A stretch of 64,000 nt of DNA from Bugula neritina. Taxonomy: Eukaryota > Animalia > Bryozoa. Location of the stretch: the NCBI GenBank assembly GCA_964035545.1, contig CAXIUT010000183.1, positions 1,426,001-1,490,000 of the forward strand, read 5' to 3'. The notes below the pieces were generated by a model that saw only the letters and a list, made by a program, of their open reading frames with translations, ran no database searches and was not told the DNA's origin. Shown here one piece after another: positions 16,901 through 33,300 of the stretch. Made by a program: the position numbers and the translations under genes. The stretch's first letter is position 1. Each line of letters begins with the position of its first letter.

Positions 16901-18799
16901 ATTGAAATATACTGCAACATACCGAAATATATGGTAAACTACTGAAATATACCGTAACACATTGAAAAAAACTGATATACTGAAATATACTGCGACACCT
17001 AGCAATATACTGTAACATACTGAAATATGCTCTAGCACACTGAAATACAATGCAACTCACTGAAATATACTGCAACATACTGAAATGCACTGCAACATCC
17101 TACAACATGCTGAAATACACTGTAACATATTGAAATACACTGCAACACTTTGAAATATACTGCAACATACCGAAATATATGGTAAACTACTGCAACACAC
17201 TACAACATATTGAAATACACTGCAACACATTGAAATATACTGCAACATGCCTAAATTTACGGTAATATAATGAAATATACTGTAACACACCGAAATATAC
17301 TGCAACATACTGAAATACACTGTAACATACTGAAATATACTGCAACATACTGAAATACACTGCTACATACTGAAATATACTGCAACATACTGCAACATAC
17401 TGAAATACACTGTAACATAATGAAATAAACTGCAACATACTACAACATATTGAAATACACTGCAACACATTGAATTATACTGCAACATACCTAAATATAC
17501 TGTAACACATTGAAAAAACTGCAACATACTGAAATACACTGCAACACACTGAAATACACTGCAAAATACCACAACATACTGAAATACACTGTAACATACT
17601 GAAATATACTGCAACATACTGAAATACACTGCTACATACTGAAATATACTGCAACGTACTGCAACATACTCCAACATACTGAAATACACTGTAACATACT
17701 GAAATACACTGCAACATACTACCACATATTGAAATACACTGCAACACATTGAAATGTACTGCAACATACCGAAATATATGGTAAACTACTAAAATATACT
17801 GTAACACATTGAAAAATACTGCAACATACTGAAATATACTGCGACACCTAGCAATATACTGTAACATACTGAAATATGCTCTAGCACACTGAAATACAAT
17901 GCAACTTACTGAAATATACTGCAACATACTGAAATACACTGCAACATCCTACAATATGCTGAAATACACAGTAATATATTGAAATACACTGCAACACTTT
18001 GAAATACACTGCAACATACCGAAATATATGGTAAACTACTGCAACATACTACAACATACTGAAATACACTGCAACACATTGAAATATACTGCGACATACC
18101 TAAATATACGGTAATATACTGAAATATACTGTAACACATTGAAAAATACTGCAACATACTGAAATATACTGTAACACACCGAAATATACTGCAACATACT
18201 GAAATACACTGTAACATACTGAAATACACTGCTACATACTGAAATATACTGCAACATACTGCAACATACTGAAATACACAGTAACATACTGAAATAAACT
18301 GCAACATACTACAACATATTGAAATACACTGCAACACATTGAAATATACTGCAACATACCTAAATATACGGTAATATACTGAAATTCACTGTAACGCATT
18401 GCAAAATACTGCAACATACTGAAATTCACTGCGACACACTGAAATACGCTGCAAAATACTGAAATACACTGTAACATACTGAAATATACTGCAACATACT
18501 GAAATACACTGCTACATACTGAAATTTACTGCAACATACTGCAACATACTGCAATACACTGTAAAATACTGAAATACACTCCAACATACTACAACATGTT
18601 GAAATACACTGCAACACATTGAAATACACTGCAACTTACCGAATATATGGTAAACTACTGAAATATGCTGTAACGCATTGAAAAGTACTGCAACATACTG
18701 AAATATATTGCGACACATTGCAATAAACTGTAACATACTGAAAAATGCTGTAGCACACTGAAATACACTGCCATTCACTGAAATATACTGCAACATACT

Positions 18800-21700
18800 G
18801 AAATACACTGTAACATATTGAAATACACTGCAACACATTGAAATATACTGCAACATAACGAAATATATGGTAAACTACTGAAATATATTTTAACACATCG
18901 AAAAATACTGCAACATACTGAAATAGATTTTAACACATTGAAAAATACTGCAACATACTGAAATATACTGTAACACACTGAAGTACACTGCAACTCACTG
19001 AAATATACTGCAATATACTAAAATACACTGCAACATCCTACAAAATGCTGAAATACACTGTAACATATTGAAATATACTGCGACACCTAGCAATATACTG
19101 TAACATACTGAAATATGCTCTAGCACACTGAAATACAATGTAACTCACTGAAATATACTGCAACATACTGAAATACACTGCAACATCCTACAACATGCTG
19201 AAATACACTGTAACATAGTGAAATACACTGCAACACTTTGAAATATACTGCAACATACCGAAATATATGGTAAACTACTGCAACACACTACAACATATTG
19301 AAATACACTGCAACACATTGAAATATACTGCAACATACCTAAATATACGGTAATATACTGAAATATACTGTAACACACCGAAATATACTGCAACATACTG
19401 AAATACACTGTAACATACTGAAATATACTGCAACATACTGAAATACACTGCTACATACTGAAATATACTGCAACATACTGAAATATACTGTAACACACTG
19501 AAGTACACTGCAACTCACTGAAATATACTGCAATATACTGAAATACACTGCAACATCCTACAAAATGCTGAAATACACTGTAACATATTGAAATACACTG
19601 CAACACATTGAAATATACTGCAACATACCGAAATATATGGTAAACTACTGAAATATACTGTAACACATTGAAAAAAACTGACATACTGAAATATACTGCG
19701 ACACCTAGCAATATACTGTAACATACTGAAATATGCTCTAGCACACTGAAATACAATGCAACTCACTGAAATATACTGCAACATACTGAAATACACTGCA
19801 ACATCCTACAACATGCTGAAATACACTGTAACATATTGAAATACACTGCAACACTTTGAAATATACTGCAACATACCGAAATATATGGTAAACTACTGCA
19901 ACACACTACAACATATTGAAATACACTGCAACACATTGAAATATACTGCAACATGCCTAAATTTACGGTAATATAATGAAATATACTGTAACACACCGAA
20001 ATATACTGCAACATACTGAAATACGCTGTAACATACTGAAATATACTGCAACATACTGAAATACACTGCTACATACTGAAATATACTGCAACATACTGCA
20101 ACATACTGAAATACACTGTAACATAATGAAATAAACTGCAACATACTACAACATATTGAAATACACTGCAACACATTGAATTATACTGCAACATACCTAA
20201 ATATACTGTAACACATTGAAAAAACTGCAACATACTGAAATACACTGCAACACACTGAAATACACTGCAAAATACCACAACATACTGAAATACACTGTAA
20301 CATACCGAAATATACTGCAACATACTGAAATACACTGCTACATACTGAAATATACTGCAACGTACTGCAACATACTCCAGCATACTGAAATACACTGTAA
20401 CATACTGAAATACACTGCAACATACTACCACATATTGAAATACACTGCAACACATTGAAATGTACTGCAACATACCGAAATATATGGTAAACTACTAAAA
20501 TATACTGTAACACATTGAAAAATACTGCAACATACTGAAATATACTGCGACACCTAGCAATATACTGTAACATACTGAAATATGCTCTTGCACACTGAAA
20601 TACAATGCAACTTACTGAAATATACTGCAACATACTGAAATACACTGCAACATCCTACAATATGCTGAAATACACAGTAATATATTGAAATACACTGCAA
20701 CACTTTGAAATACACTGCAACATACCGAAATATATGGTAAACTACTGCAACATACTACAACATACTGAAATACACTGCAACACATTGAAATATAGTGCGA
20801 CATACCTAAATATACGGTAATATACTGAAATATACTGTAACACATTGAAAAATACTGCAACATACTGAAATATACTGTAACACACCGAAATATACTGCAA
20901 CATACTGAAATACACTGTAACATACTGAAATACACTGCTACATACTGAAATTTACTGCAACATACTGCAACATACTGCAATACACTGTAAAATACTGAAA
21001 TACACTCCAACATACTACAACATATTGAAATACACTGCAACACATTGAAATACACTGCAACTTACCGAATATATGGTAAACTACTGAAATATACTGTAAC
21101 GCATTGAAAAGTACTGCAACATACTGAAATATATTGCGACACATTGCAATAAACTGTAACATACTGAAAAATGCTGTAGCACACTGAAATACACTGCCAT
21201 TCACTGAAATATACTGCAACATACTGAAATACACCGCAACATCCTACAACATACTGAAATACACTGTAACATATTGAAATACACTGCAACACATTGAAAT
21301 ATACTGCAACATAACGAAATATATGGTAAACTACTGAAATATATTTTAACACATCGAAAAATACTGCAACATACTGAAATAGATTTTAACACATTGAAAA
21401 ATACTGCAACATACTGAAATATACTGTAACACACTGAAGTACACTGCAACTCACTGAAATATACTGCAATATACTGAAATACACTGCAACATCCTACAAA
21501 ATGCTGGAATACACTGTAACATATTGAAATATACTGCGACACCTAGCAATATACTGTAACATACTGAAATATGCTCTAGCACACTGAAATACAATGTAAC
21601 TCACTGAAATATACTGCAACATACTGAAATACACTGCAACATCCTACAACATGCTGAAATACACTGTAACATAGTGAAATACACTGCAACACTTTGAAAT

Positions 21701-24700
21701 ATACTGCAACATACCGAAATATATGGTAAACTACTGCAACACACTACAACATATTGAAATACACTGCAACACATTGAAATATACTGCAACATACCTAAAT
21801 ATACGGTAATATACTGAAATATACTGTAACACACCGAAATATACTGCAACATACTGAAATACACTGTAATATACTGAAATATACTGCAACATACTGAAAT
21901 ACACTGCTACATACTGAAATATACTGCAACATACTGAAATATACTGTAACACACTGAAGTACACTGCAACTCACTGAAATATACTGCAATATACTGAAAT
22001 ACACTGCAACATCCTACAAAATGCTGAAATACACTGTAACATATTGAAATACACTGCAACACATTGAAATATACTGCAACATACCGAAATATATGGTAAA
22101 CTACTGAAATATACTGTAACACATTGAAAAAAACTGACATACTGAAATATACTGCGACACCTAGCAATATACTGTAACATACTGAAATATGCTCTAGCAC
22201 ACTGAAATACAATGCAACTCACTGAAATATACTGCAACATACTGAAATACACTGCAACATCCTACAACATGCTGAAATACACTGTAACATATTGAAATAC
22301 ACTGCAACACTTTGAAATATACTGCAACATACCGAAATATATGGTAAACTACTGCAACACACTACAACATATTGAAATACACTGCAACACATTGAAATAT
22401 ACTGCAACATGCCTAAATTTACGGTAATATAATGAAATATACTGTAACACACCGAAATATACTGCAACATACTGAAATACGCTGTAACATACTGAAATAT
22501 ACTGCAACATACTGAAATACACTGCTACATACTGAAATATACTGCAACATACTGCAACATACTGAAATACACTGTAACATAATGAAATAAACTGCAACAT
22601 ACTACAACATATTGAAATACACTGCAACACATTGAATTATACTGCAACATACCTAAATATACTGTAACACATTGAAAAAACTGCAACATACTGAAATACA
22701 CTGCAACACACTGAAATACACTGCAAAATACCACAACATACTGAAATACACTGTAACATACCGAAATATACTGCAACATACTGAAATACACTGCTACATA
22801 CTGAAATATACTGCAACGTACTGCAACATACTCCAGCATACTGAAATACACTGTAACATACTGAAATACACTGCAACATACTACCACATATTGAAATACA
22901 CTGCAACACATTGAAATGTACTGCAACATACCGAAATATATGGTAAACTACTAAAATATACTGTAACACATTGAAAAATACTGCAACATACTGAAATATA
23001 CTGCGACACCTAGCAATATACTGTAACATACTGAAATATGCTCTTGCACACTGAAATACAATGCAACTTACTGAAATATACTGCAACATACTGAAATACA
23101 CTGCAACATCCTACAATATGCTGAAATACACAGTAATATATTGAAATACACTGCAACACTTTGAAATACACTGCAACATACCGAAATATATGGTAAACTA
23201 CTGCAACATACTACAACATACTGAAATACACTGCAACACATTGAAATATACTGCGACATACCTAAATATACGGTAATATACTGAAATATACTGTAACACA
23301 TTGAAAAATACTGCAACATACTGAAATATACTGTAACACACCGAAATATACTGCAACATACTGAAATACACTGTAACATACTGAAATACACTGCTACATA
23401 CTGAAATTTACTGCAACATACTGCAACATACTGCAATACACTGTAAAATACTGAAATACACTCCAACATACTACAACATATTGAAATACACTGCAACACA
23501 TTGAAATACACTGCAACTTACCGAATATATGGTAAACTACTGAAATATACTGTAACGCATTGAAAAGTACTGCAACATACTGAAATATATTGCGACACAT
23601 TGCAATAAACTGTAACATACTGAAAAATGCTGTAGCACACTGAAATACACTGCCATTCACTGAAATATACTGCAACATACTGAAATACACCGCAACATCC
23701 TACAACATACTGAAATACACTGTAACATATTGAAATACACTGCAACACATTGAAATATACTGCAACATAACGAAATATATGGTAAACTACTGAAATATAT
23801 TTTAACACATCGAAAAATACTGCAACATACTGAAATAGATTTTAACACATTGAAAAATACTGCAACATACTGAAATATACTGTAACACACTGAAGTACAC
23901 TGCAACTCACTGAAATATACTGCAATATACTGAAATACACTGCAACATCCTACAAAATGCTGGAATACACTGTAACATATTGAAATATACTGCGACACCT
24001 AGCAATATACTGTAACATACTGAAATATGCTCTAGCACACTGAAATACAATGTAACTCACTGAAATATACTGCAACATACTGAAATACACTGCAACATCC
24101 TACAACATGCTGAAATACACTGTAACATAGTGAAATACACTGCAACACTTTGAAATATACTGCAACATACCGAAATATATGGTAAACTACTGCAACACAC
24201 TACAACATATTGAAATACACTGCAACACATTGAAATATACTGCAACATACCTAAATATACGGTAATATACTGAAATATACTGTAACACACCGAAATATAC
24301 TGCAACATACTGAAATACACTGTAATATACTGAAATATACTGCAACATACTGAAATACACTGCTACATACTGAAATATACTGCAACATACTGAAATATAC
24401 TGTAACACACTGAAGTACACTGCAACTCACTGAAATATACTGCAATATACTGAAATACACTGCAACATCCTACAAAATGCTGAAATACACTGTAACATAT
24501 TGAAATACACTGCAACACATTGAAATACACTGCAACATACCGAAATATATGGTAAACTACTGAAATATACTGTAACACATTGAAAAAAACTGACATACTG
24601 AAATATACTGCGACACCTAGCAATATACTGTAACATACTGAAATATGCTCTAGCACACTGAAATACAATGCAACTCACTGAAATATACTGCAACATACTG

Positions 24701-25000
24701 AAATACACTGCAACATCCTACAACATGCTGAAATACACTGTAACATATTGAAATACACTGCAACACTTTGAAATATACTGCAACATACCGAAATATATGG
24801 TAAACTACTGCAACACACTACAACATATTGAAATACACTGCAACACATTGAAATATACTGCAACATGCCTAAATTTACGGTAATATAATGAAATATACTG
24901 TAACACACCGAAATATACTGCAACATACTGAAATACACTGTAACATACTGAAATATACTGCAACATACTGAAATACACTGCTACATACTGAAATATACTG
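18800..25000. repeat. 2456-bp HOR, ~2.5 tandem copies (the 2736-bp unit minus 280 bp)
   Basis: ORF offsets 19145/21601/24057, 19763/22219 and 20612/23068 are all 2456. Shared private variants GCTCTTGCAC (20584, 23040), GCTGGAAT (21503, 23959) and ATACGCTGT (20021, 22477). Confidence 0.93.
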
Positions 25001-26633
25001 CAACATACTGCAACATACTGTAACACACTGAAGTACACTGCAACTCACTGAAATATACTGCAATATACTGAAATACACTGCAACATCCTACAAAATGCTG
25101 AAATACACTGTAACATATTGAAATACACTGCAACACATTGAAATATACTGCAACATACCGAAATATATGGTAAACTACTGAAATAAACTGTAACACATTG
25201 AAAAAAACTGACATACTGAAATATACTGCGACACCTAGCAATATACTGTAACATACTGAAACATGCTCTAGCACACTGAAATACAATGCAACTCACTGAA
25301 ATATACTGCAACATACTGAAATACACTGCAACATCCTACAACATGCTGAAATACACTGTAACCTATTGAAATACACTGCAACACTTTGAAATATACTGCA
25401 ACATACCGAAATATATGGTAAACTACTGCAACACACTACAACATATTGAAATACACTGCAACACATTGAAATATACTGCAACATGCCTAAATTTACGGTA
25501 ATATAATGAAATATACTGTAACACACCGAAATATACTGCAACATACTGAAATACACTGTAACATACTGAAATATACTGCAACATACTGAAATACACTGCT
25601 ACATACTGAAATATACTGCAACATACTGAAATACACTGAAATACACTGTAACATAATGAAATAAACTGCAACATACTACAACATATTGAAATACACTGCA
25701 ACACATTGAGATATACTGCAACATACCTAAATATACGGTAATATACTGAAATATACTGTAACACATTGAAAAAACTGCAACATACTGAAATACACTGCAA
25801 CACACTGAAATACACCGCAAAATACTACAACATACTGAAATACTTTGTAACATATTGAAATACACTGCAACATACTACCACATATTGAAATACACTGCAA
25901 CACATTGAAATGTACTGCAACATACCGAAATATATGGTAAACTACTAAAATATACTGTAACACATTGAAAAATACTGCAACATACTGAAATATACTGCGA
26001 CACCTAGCAATATACTGTAACATACTGAAATATGCTCTAGCACACTGAAATACAATGCAACTTACTGAAATATACTGCAACATACTGAAATACACTGCAA
26101 CATCCTACAATATGCTGAAATACACAGTAACATATTGAAATACACTGCAACACTTTGAAATATACTGCAACATACCGAAATATATGGTAAACTACTGCAA
26201 CATACTACAACATACTGAAATACACTGCAACACATTGAAATATACTGCGACATACCTAAATATACGGTAATATACTGAAATATACTGTAACACATTGAAA
26301 AATACTGCAACATACTGAAATATACTGTAACACACCGAAATATACTGCAACATACTGAATTACACTGTAACATACTGAAATACACTGCTACATACTGAAA
26401 TATACTGCAACATACTGCAACAAACTGAAATACACAGTAACATACTGAAATAAACTGCAACATACTACAACATATTGAAATACACTGCAACACATTGAAA
26501 TATACTGCAACATACCTAAATATACGGTAATATACTGAAATTCACTGTAACGCATTGCAAAATACTGCAACATACTGAAATTCACTGCAACACACTGAAA
26601 TACGCTGCAAAATACTGAAATACACTGTAACAT

Positions 26634-28260
26634 ACTGAAATATACTGCAACATACTGAAATACACTGCTACATACTGAAATTTACTGCAACATACTGCAA
26701 CATACTGCAATACACTGTAAAATACTGAAATACACTCCAACATACTACAACATATTGAAATACACTGCAACACATTGAAATACACTGCAACTTACCGAAT
26801 ATATGGTAAAATACTGAAATATACTGTAACGCATTGAAAAGTACTGCAACATACTGAAATATATTGCGACACATTGCAATAAACTGTAACATACTGAAAA
26901 ATGCTGTAGCACACTGAAATACACTGCCATTCACTGAAATATACTGCAACATACTGAAATACACCGCAACATCCTACAACATACTGAAATACACTGTAAC
27001 ATATTGAAATACACTGCAACACATTGAAATATACTGCAACATAGCGAAATATATGGTAAACTACTGAAATATATTTTAACACATCGAAAAATACTGCAAC
27101 ATACTGTAATAGATTTTAACACATTGAAAAATACTGCAACATACTGAAATATACTGTAACACACTGAAGTACACTGCAACTCACTGAAATATACTGCAAT
27201 ATACTGAAATACACTGCAACATCCTACAAAATGCTGAAATACACTGTAACATATTGAAATACACTGCAACACATTGAAATATACTGCAACATACCGAAAT
27301 ATATGGTAAACTACTGAAATATACTGTAACACATTGAAAAAAACTGACATACTGAAATATACTGCGACACCCAGCAATATACTGTAACATACTGAAATAT
27401 GCTCTAGCACACTGAAATACAATGCAACTCACTGAAATATACTGCAACATACTGAAATACACTGCTACATACTGAAATTTACTGCAACATACTGCAACAT
27501 ACTGCAATACACTGTAAAATACTGAAATACACTCCAACATACTACAACATATTGAAATACACTGCAACACATTGAAATACACTGCAACTTACCGAATATA
27601 TGGTAAAATACTGAAATATACTGTAACGCATTGAAAAGTACTGCAACATACTGAAATATATTGCGACACATTGCAATAAACTGTAACATACTGAAAAATG
27701 CTGTAGCACACTGAAATACACTGCCATTCACTGAAATATACTGCAACATACTGAAATACACCGCAACATCCTACAACATACTGAAATACACTGTAACATA
27801 TTGAAATACACTGCAACACATTGAAATATACTGCAACATAGCGAAATATATGGTAAACTACTGAAATATATTTTAACACATCGAAAAATACTGCAACATA
27901 CTGTAATAGATTTTAACACATTGAAAAATACTGCAACATACTGAAATATACTGTAACACACTGAAGTACACTGCAACTCACTGAAATATACTGCAATATA
28001 CTGAAATACACTGCAACATCCTACAAAATGCTGAAATACACTGTAACATATTGAAATACACTGCAACACATTGAAATATACTGCAACATACCGAAATATA
28101 TGGTAAACTACTGAAATATACTGTAACACATTGAAAAAAACTGACATACTGAAATATACTGCGACACCCAGCAATATACTGTAACATACTGAAATATGCT
28201 CTAGCACACTGAAATACAATGCAACTCACTGAAATATACTGCAACATACTGAAATACACT
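26634..28260. repeat. 797-bp tandem duplication
   Basis: ORF offsets 26668/27465, 26792/27589 and 26931/27728 are all 797. Both copies carry GACACCCAGC, GGTAAAATAC and ATAGCGAAAT. Confidence 0.93.
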
Positions 28261-30310
28261 GCAACATCCTACAACATGCTGAAATACACTGTAACATATT
28301 GAAATACACTGCAACACTTTGAAATATACTGCAACATACCGAAATATATGGTAAACTACTGCAACACACTACAACATATTGAAATACACTGCAACACATT
28401 GAAATATACTGCAACATGCCTAAATTTACGGTAATATAATGAAATATACTGTAACACACCGAAATATACTGCAACATACTGAAATACACTGTAACATACT
28501 GAAATATACTGCAACATACTGAAATACACTGCTACATACTGAAATATACTGCAACATACTGCAACATACTGAAATACACTGTAACATAATGAAATAAACT
28601 GCAACATACTACAACATATTGAAATACACTGCAACACATTGAAATATACTGCAACATACCTAAATATACTGTAACACATTGAAAAAACTGCAACATACTG
28701 AAATACACTGCAACACACTGAAATACACCGCAAAATACTACAACATACTGAAATACACTGTAACATATTGAAATCCAGTGCAACACATTGAAATATACTG
28801 CAACATACCGAAGTATATGGTAAACTAATGAAATATACTGTAACACATTGAAAAATACCGCAACATACTGAAATATACTGCGACACATTGCAATATACTG
28901 TAACATACTGAAATATGCTGTAGCACACTGAAATACACTGCAACATCCTACAACATACTGAAATACACTGTAACATATTGAAATACACTGCAAGAAATTG
29001 AAATAGACTGCAACACAACAAAATATATGGTAAACTACTGAAATAGACTTTAACACATTGAAAAATACTGCAACATACAGAAATATACTGTAACACACTG
29101 AAATATACTGCAACATACTGAAATACACTGTAACATACTGAAATATACTGCAACATACTGAAATACACTGCTACATACTGAAATATACTGCAACATACTG
29201 CAACATGCTGCAACATACTGAAATACGCTGTAACATACTGAAATACACTGCAACATACTACAACATATTGAAATACACTGCAACACATTGAAATGTACTG
29301 AAACATACCGAAATATACGGTAATATACTGAAATATACTGTAACACATTGAAAAATACTGCAACATACTGAAATACACTGCAACACACTGAAACACACCG
29401 CAAAAAACTACAACATACTGAAATACACTGTAACATATTAAAACATACTGCAACATACTGCAGCATACTGAAATACACTGTAACATACTGAAATACACTG
29501 CAACATACTACCACATATTGAAATACACTGCAACACATTGAAATGTACTGCAACATACCGAAATATATGGTAAACTACTAAAATATACTGTAACACATTG
29601 AAAAATACTGCAACATACTGAAATATACTGCCACACCTAGCAATATACTGTAACATACTGAAATATTCTCTAGCACACTGAAATACAATGCAACATCCTA
29701 CAATATGCTGAAATACACAGTAACATATTGAAATACACTGCAACACTTTGAAATATACTGCAACATACCGAAATATATGGTAAACTACTGCAACATACTA
29801 CAACATACTGAAATACACTGCAACACATTGAAATATACTGCGACATACCTAAATATACGGTAATATACTGAAATATACTGTAACACATTGAAAAATACTG
29901 CAACATACTGAAATATACTGTAACACACCGAAATATACTGCAACATACTGAAATACACTGTAACATACTGAAATACACTGCTACATACTGAAATATACTG
30001 CAACATACTGCAACATACTGAAATACACAGTAACATACTGAAATAAACTGCAACATACTACAACATATTGAAATACACTGCAACACATTGAAATATACTG
30101 CAACATACCTAAATATACGGTAATATACTGAAATTCACTGTAACGCATTGCAAAATACTGCAACATACTGAAATTCACTGCGACACACTGAAATACGCTG
30201 CAAAATACTACAACATACTGAAATAAACTGTAACATGTTGAAATACACTGCAACACATTGAAAAATACTGCAACATACTGAAATATACTGTAACACACTG
30301 AAATATACTG

Positions 30311-33300
30311 CAACATACTGAAATACACTGTAACATACTGAAATATACTGCAACATACTGAAATACACTGCTACATACTGAAATATACTGCAACATACTG
30401 CAACATACTGCAATACACTGTAAAATACTGAAATACACTGCAACACATTGAAATATACTGCAACATAACAAAATATATGGTAAACTACTGAAATAGACTT
30501 TAACACATTGAAAAATACTGCAACATATTGAAATACACTGCAACACATTGAAATACACTGCAACTTACCGAATATATGGTAAACCACTGAAATATACTGT
30601 AACGCATTGAAAAGTACTGCAACATACTGAAATATATTGCGACACATTGCAATAAACTGTAACATACTGAAAAATGCTGTAGCACACTGAAATATACTGC
30701 AATTCACTGAAATATACTGCAACATACTGACATACACCGCAACATCCTACAACATACTGAAATACTTTGTAACATATTGAAATACACTGCAACACATTGA
30801 AATATACTGCAACATAACGAACTATATGCTAACCTACTGAAATATATTTTAACACATTGAAAAATACTGCAACATACTGAAATATATTTTAACACATTGA
30901 AAAATACTGCAACATACTGAAATATACTGTAACACACCGAAATATACTGCAACATACTGAAATACACTGTAACATACTGAAATATACTGCAACATACTGA
31001 AATACACTGCTACATACTGCAACATACTGCAACATACTGCAACATACTGAAATACACTGCAACATACTACAACATACTGAAATACGCTGCAACACATTGA
31101 AATATACTGCAACATACCTAAATATACGGTAACATACCGAAATATACTGTAACGCATTGCAAAATACTGCAACATACTGAAATACACTGCGACACACTGA
31201 AATACGCTGCAAAATACTACAACATACTGAAATAAACTGTAACACATTGAAATACACTGCAATACATTGAAAAATAATGCAATATACTGATATATACTGT
31301 AACACACTGAAATATACTGCAACATACTGAAATACACTGTAACATACTGAAATATACTGTAACATACTGCAACATACTGAAATACACTGTAACATACTGA
31401 AATACACTGCCGCATACTGCAACATATTGAACTACACTGCAACACATTGAAATATACTGCAACATGCCTAAATTTACGGTAATATAATGAAATATACTGT
31501 AACACACCGAAATATACTGCAACATACTGAAATACACTGTAACATACTGAAATATACTGCAACATACTGAAATACACTGCTACATACTGAAGTATACTGC
31601 AACATACTGAAATACACTGAAATACACTGTAACATAATGAAATAAACTGCAACATACTACAACATATTGAAATACACTGCAACACATTGAGATATACTGC
31701 AACATACCTAAATATACGGTAATATACTGAAATATACTGTAACACATTGAAAAAACTGCAACATACTGAAATACACTGCAACACACTGAAATACACCGCA
31801 AAACACTACAACATACTGAAATACTTTGTAACATATTGAAATACACTGCAACATACTACCACATATTGAAATACACTGCAACACATTGAAATGTACTGCA
31901 ACATACCGAAATATATGGTAAACTACTAAAATATAATGTAACACATTGAAAAATACTGCAACATACTGAAATATACTGCGACACCTAGCAATATACTGTA
32001 ACATACTGAAATATGCTCTAGCACACTGAAATACAACGCAACTTACTGAAATATACTGCAACATATTGAAATACACTGCAACACTTTGAAATATACTGCA
32101 ACATACCGAAATATATGGTAAACTACTGCAACATACTACAACATACTGAAATACACTGCAACACATGGAAATATACTGCGACATACCTAAATATACGGTA
32201 ATATACTGAAATATACTGTAACACATTGAAAAATACTGCAACATACTGAAATATACTGTAACACACCGAAATATACTGCAACATACTGAAATACACTGTA
32301 ACATACTGAAATACACTGCTACATACTGAAATATACTGCAACATACTGCAACATACTGAAATACACAGTAACATACTGAAATAAACTGCAACATACTACA
32401 ACATATTGAAATACACTGCAACACATTGAAATATACTGCAACATACCTAAATATACGGTAATATACTGAAATTCACTGTAACGCATTGCAAAATACTGCA
32501 ACATACTGAAATTCACTGCGACACACTGAAATACGCTGCAAAATACTGAAATACACTGTAACATACTGAAATATACTGCAACATACTGAAATACACTGCT
32601 ACATACTGAAATTTACTGCAACATACTGCAACATACTGCAATACACTGTAAAATACTGAAATACACTCCAACATACTACAACATATTGAAATACACTGCA
32701 ACACATTGAAATACACTGCAACTTACCGAATATATGGTAAACTACTGAAATATACTGTAACGCATTGAAAAGTACTGCAACATACTGAAATATATTGCGA
32801 CACATTGCAATAAACTGTAACATACTGAAAAATGCTGTAGCACACTGAAATACACTGCCATTCACTGAAATATACTGCAACATACTGAAATACACCGCAA
32901 CATCCTACAACATACTGAAATACACTGTAACATATTGAAATACACTGCAACACATTGAAATATACTGCAACATAACGAAATATATGGTAAACTACTAAAA
33001 TATATTTTAACACATCGAAAAATACTGCAACATACTGAAATAGATTTTAACACATTGAAAAATACTGCAACATACTGAAATATACTGTAACACACTGAAG
33101 TACACTGCAACTCACTGAAATATACTGCAATATACTGAAATACACTGCAACATCCTACAAAATGCTGAAATACACTGTAACATATTGAAATATACTGCGA
33201 CACCTAGCAATATACTGTAACATACTGAAATATGCTCTAGCACACTGAAATACAATGTAACTCACTGAAATATACTGCAACATACTGAAATACACTGCAA

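Noticed and set aside
20216-22914. Two plus-strand 80-aa ORFs (20216..20458, 22672..22914)
   Set aside because: Chance stop-free frame created by one ACTG>ACCG variant and duplicated with the 2456-bp HOR. They start at TTG and translate as repeat (LQHTEIHCNILKYTATY).
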